A stretch of DNA of 63,547 nt, counting the filler, from Octopus bimaculoides (lineage: Eukaryota), in NCBI RefSeq assembly GCF_001194135.2. It is 6 parts of 6 records of this genome, joined end to end, with 100 filler letters (N's around TTAATTAATTAA, not from the genome) between each part and the next. Parts side by side here need not be neighbours in the genome. Positions count along the whole stretch, not along the records: positions 54,151 to 62,194 come from NC_068987.1; positions 62,295 to 63,547 come from NW_026340161.1; 4 more parts are not named here. The stretch is one strand, 5' to 3'. The position numbers and the translations under genes were made by a program. Under the pieces are notes generated by a model that ran no database searches, was not told the DNA's origin, and saw nothing but the letters and a program-made list of their open reading frames with translations. This document shows, in pieces, positions 61,996 to 63,547 of the stretch; position 1 is the stretch's first letter; each line of letters opens with the position of its first letter.

Positions 61996-63217
61996 AGTTT
62001 CATCAGTCTTGTCGCCGAAACTAGTTTTGTTGTTCTCTATAACTGTTTATACTTTTGTCATTCAACGTTTCTGTCACTCTTACTTTCAACATTACACTAC
62101 CCCTTTCCATTCTTCTTCTTCTTCTTCTTCTTCTTCTTCTTTTTCTTCTTCTTCTTCTTCTTCTTCTTCTTCTTCTTCTTCTTCTTCTTCTTCTNNNNNN
62201 NNNNNNNNNNNNNNNNNNNNNNNNNNNNNNNNNNNNNNTTAATTAATTAANNNNNNNNNNNNNNNNNNNNNNNNNNNNNNNNNNNNNNNNNNNNATAAAT
62301 AATATATAAATATATGCATATATACATACATATATGTACGTACCAACATATATATGTATATTTACAGGCATATATGGGTACAGGATTGTACCCATACAAC
62401 GGGAGAGAGAGATACATTGGTAGGATAGATAGGTAAATAAGAATAAAGTTCTTAACACCTTATGGAAACAAAAAATCGTCGATGAATGTGTTGCATTCCG
62501 CTGTAAATATCAGGTAATTTTCAAACGGTAACAGACAAGCAACCACATTACGAAATAAACAATACACAGCACACATATTAATAAATTTTATATACGAAAA
62601 TTGATTAATTCTTATTGTAAAGCCACTATAAGTTTCAGTCTCTGAGACAATACCGAGCCATGACAACAGAGCAATCGTGACTCCAAATTTATTTCGTATT
62701 ACCAGCTGCAATATCGTACAAAAACAGCCAAGACGTATAACCACTTCTAAATTAATAATTGAAAAACTTTTACAATATAACTAGTTTCATTTTTTGTTGT
62801 TTTTATTTTTTTGCAATATTCTTTTATCTCCTTGTGGTGGCGCTGATACTGGAGGAGGTTTTCTTTTCTACAATTCCACCAGAAATCTTATCCAAACATC
62901 GATTCCAACACAATTGTTCTTTTATGTCGGATTTAATTACAAGAGAAATGGTTTCATTTATTATCATTCCTAATCTTCTCTTTGAAATAAAGCATGAATT
63001 ATTCGCTTTACTTTTTTATATATATATATATATGTATATATTTGTTCCTATCTCAATTATTCATTCTTGTTACCTTCTCTTTTATATCTTGTTTTCTGTT
63101 TTCCTTCTTTCTTTCCAAAATATTTCATTGTAGTCACATCTTCGTCTATCAGTCTCTCGCATTCATTGTCTCCATTTTCCTCGGATAAACACAGACACAC
63201 ATATAAACACAGACACA

Positions 63218-63251
<34 letters not shown>

Positions 63252-63547
63252 AATACAAACTCACATGCATGTGCACACTTTCAGATTATGTCCATTTCTT
63301 ACAAATATTTACCAAACTCTTGAGAGACAGTCTTCAGAGTTGCTACGTTTTAAAACAACTCAGTCTTTCCTCACCTCTCTATCTGCCAAAAATGCATTCA
63401 ATGCATCTCTCTTTCTATCATCACCTCATACTTCACTCCCGTCACATCCTCTTCTTTCTCCCACAGACTCACTCTTTCTAACTCTCTCTGTCTGTCACTA
63501 AGTACGTATATGTATGTGTTTATATATATATATATATATATATATAT

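Noticed and set aside
61955-62015. CTGATGA...GAAA on the minus strand
   Set aside because: No helix I or helix II pairing at the required positions and G at the cleavage position; chance match.
62460-62744. 94-aa hydrophobic minus-strand ORF (VIRLGCFCTILQLV...)
   Set aside because: Starts at GTG, has no recognisable family motif and no convincing splice context; hydrophobicity is expected from AT-rich DNA.

Overview
AT-rich, microsatellite-saturated draft scaffold from an animal genome, very likely Octopus (inferred from SINE families recalled as octopus repeats and from extreme (TA)/(CA)/(TAA) density). Almost every N-gap sits in a microsatellite, and five 100-bp gaps carry an artificial six-frame-stop spacer (N44-TTAATTAATTAA-N44). 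No host protein-coding gene, rRNA, true tRNA or CRISPR array could be supported; the window reads as intronic or intergenic DNA, and most ORF-track entries are microsatellite or N artefacts. It is a graveyard of transposable elements: Tc1 and mariner copies plus a mariner MITE, tRNA-derived SINEs of several families, CR1, Tx1/L1-like and R4/Dong LINE fragments, an ORF1-only LINE remnant, an RT-less Gypsy element, and many Penelope-like element (PLE) fragments. The most interesting signal is a population of minimal type I hammerhead ribozyme (HHR) motifs tied to PLE-derived repeats. Three keep the full CUGANGA...GAAA...NUH core (169-224 minus, 15891-15935 plus, 30848-30892 minus); several others are degenerate. 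They share a purine inserted after A9 and a palindromic or near-palindromic helix III typical of dimer-dependent hammerheads. One lies in a 466-bp unit that starts to repeat into a ~1 kb gap, as expected for a retrozyme-like, possibly circRNA-producing array. All folds were done by eye and all family assignments are from motif recall, without database searches.
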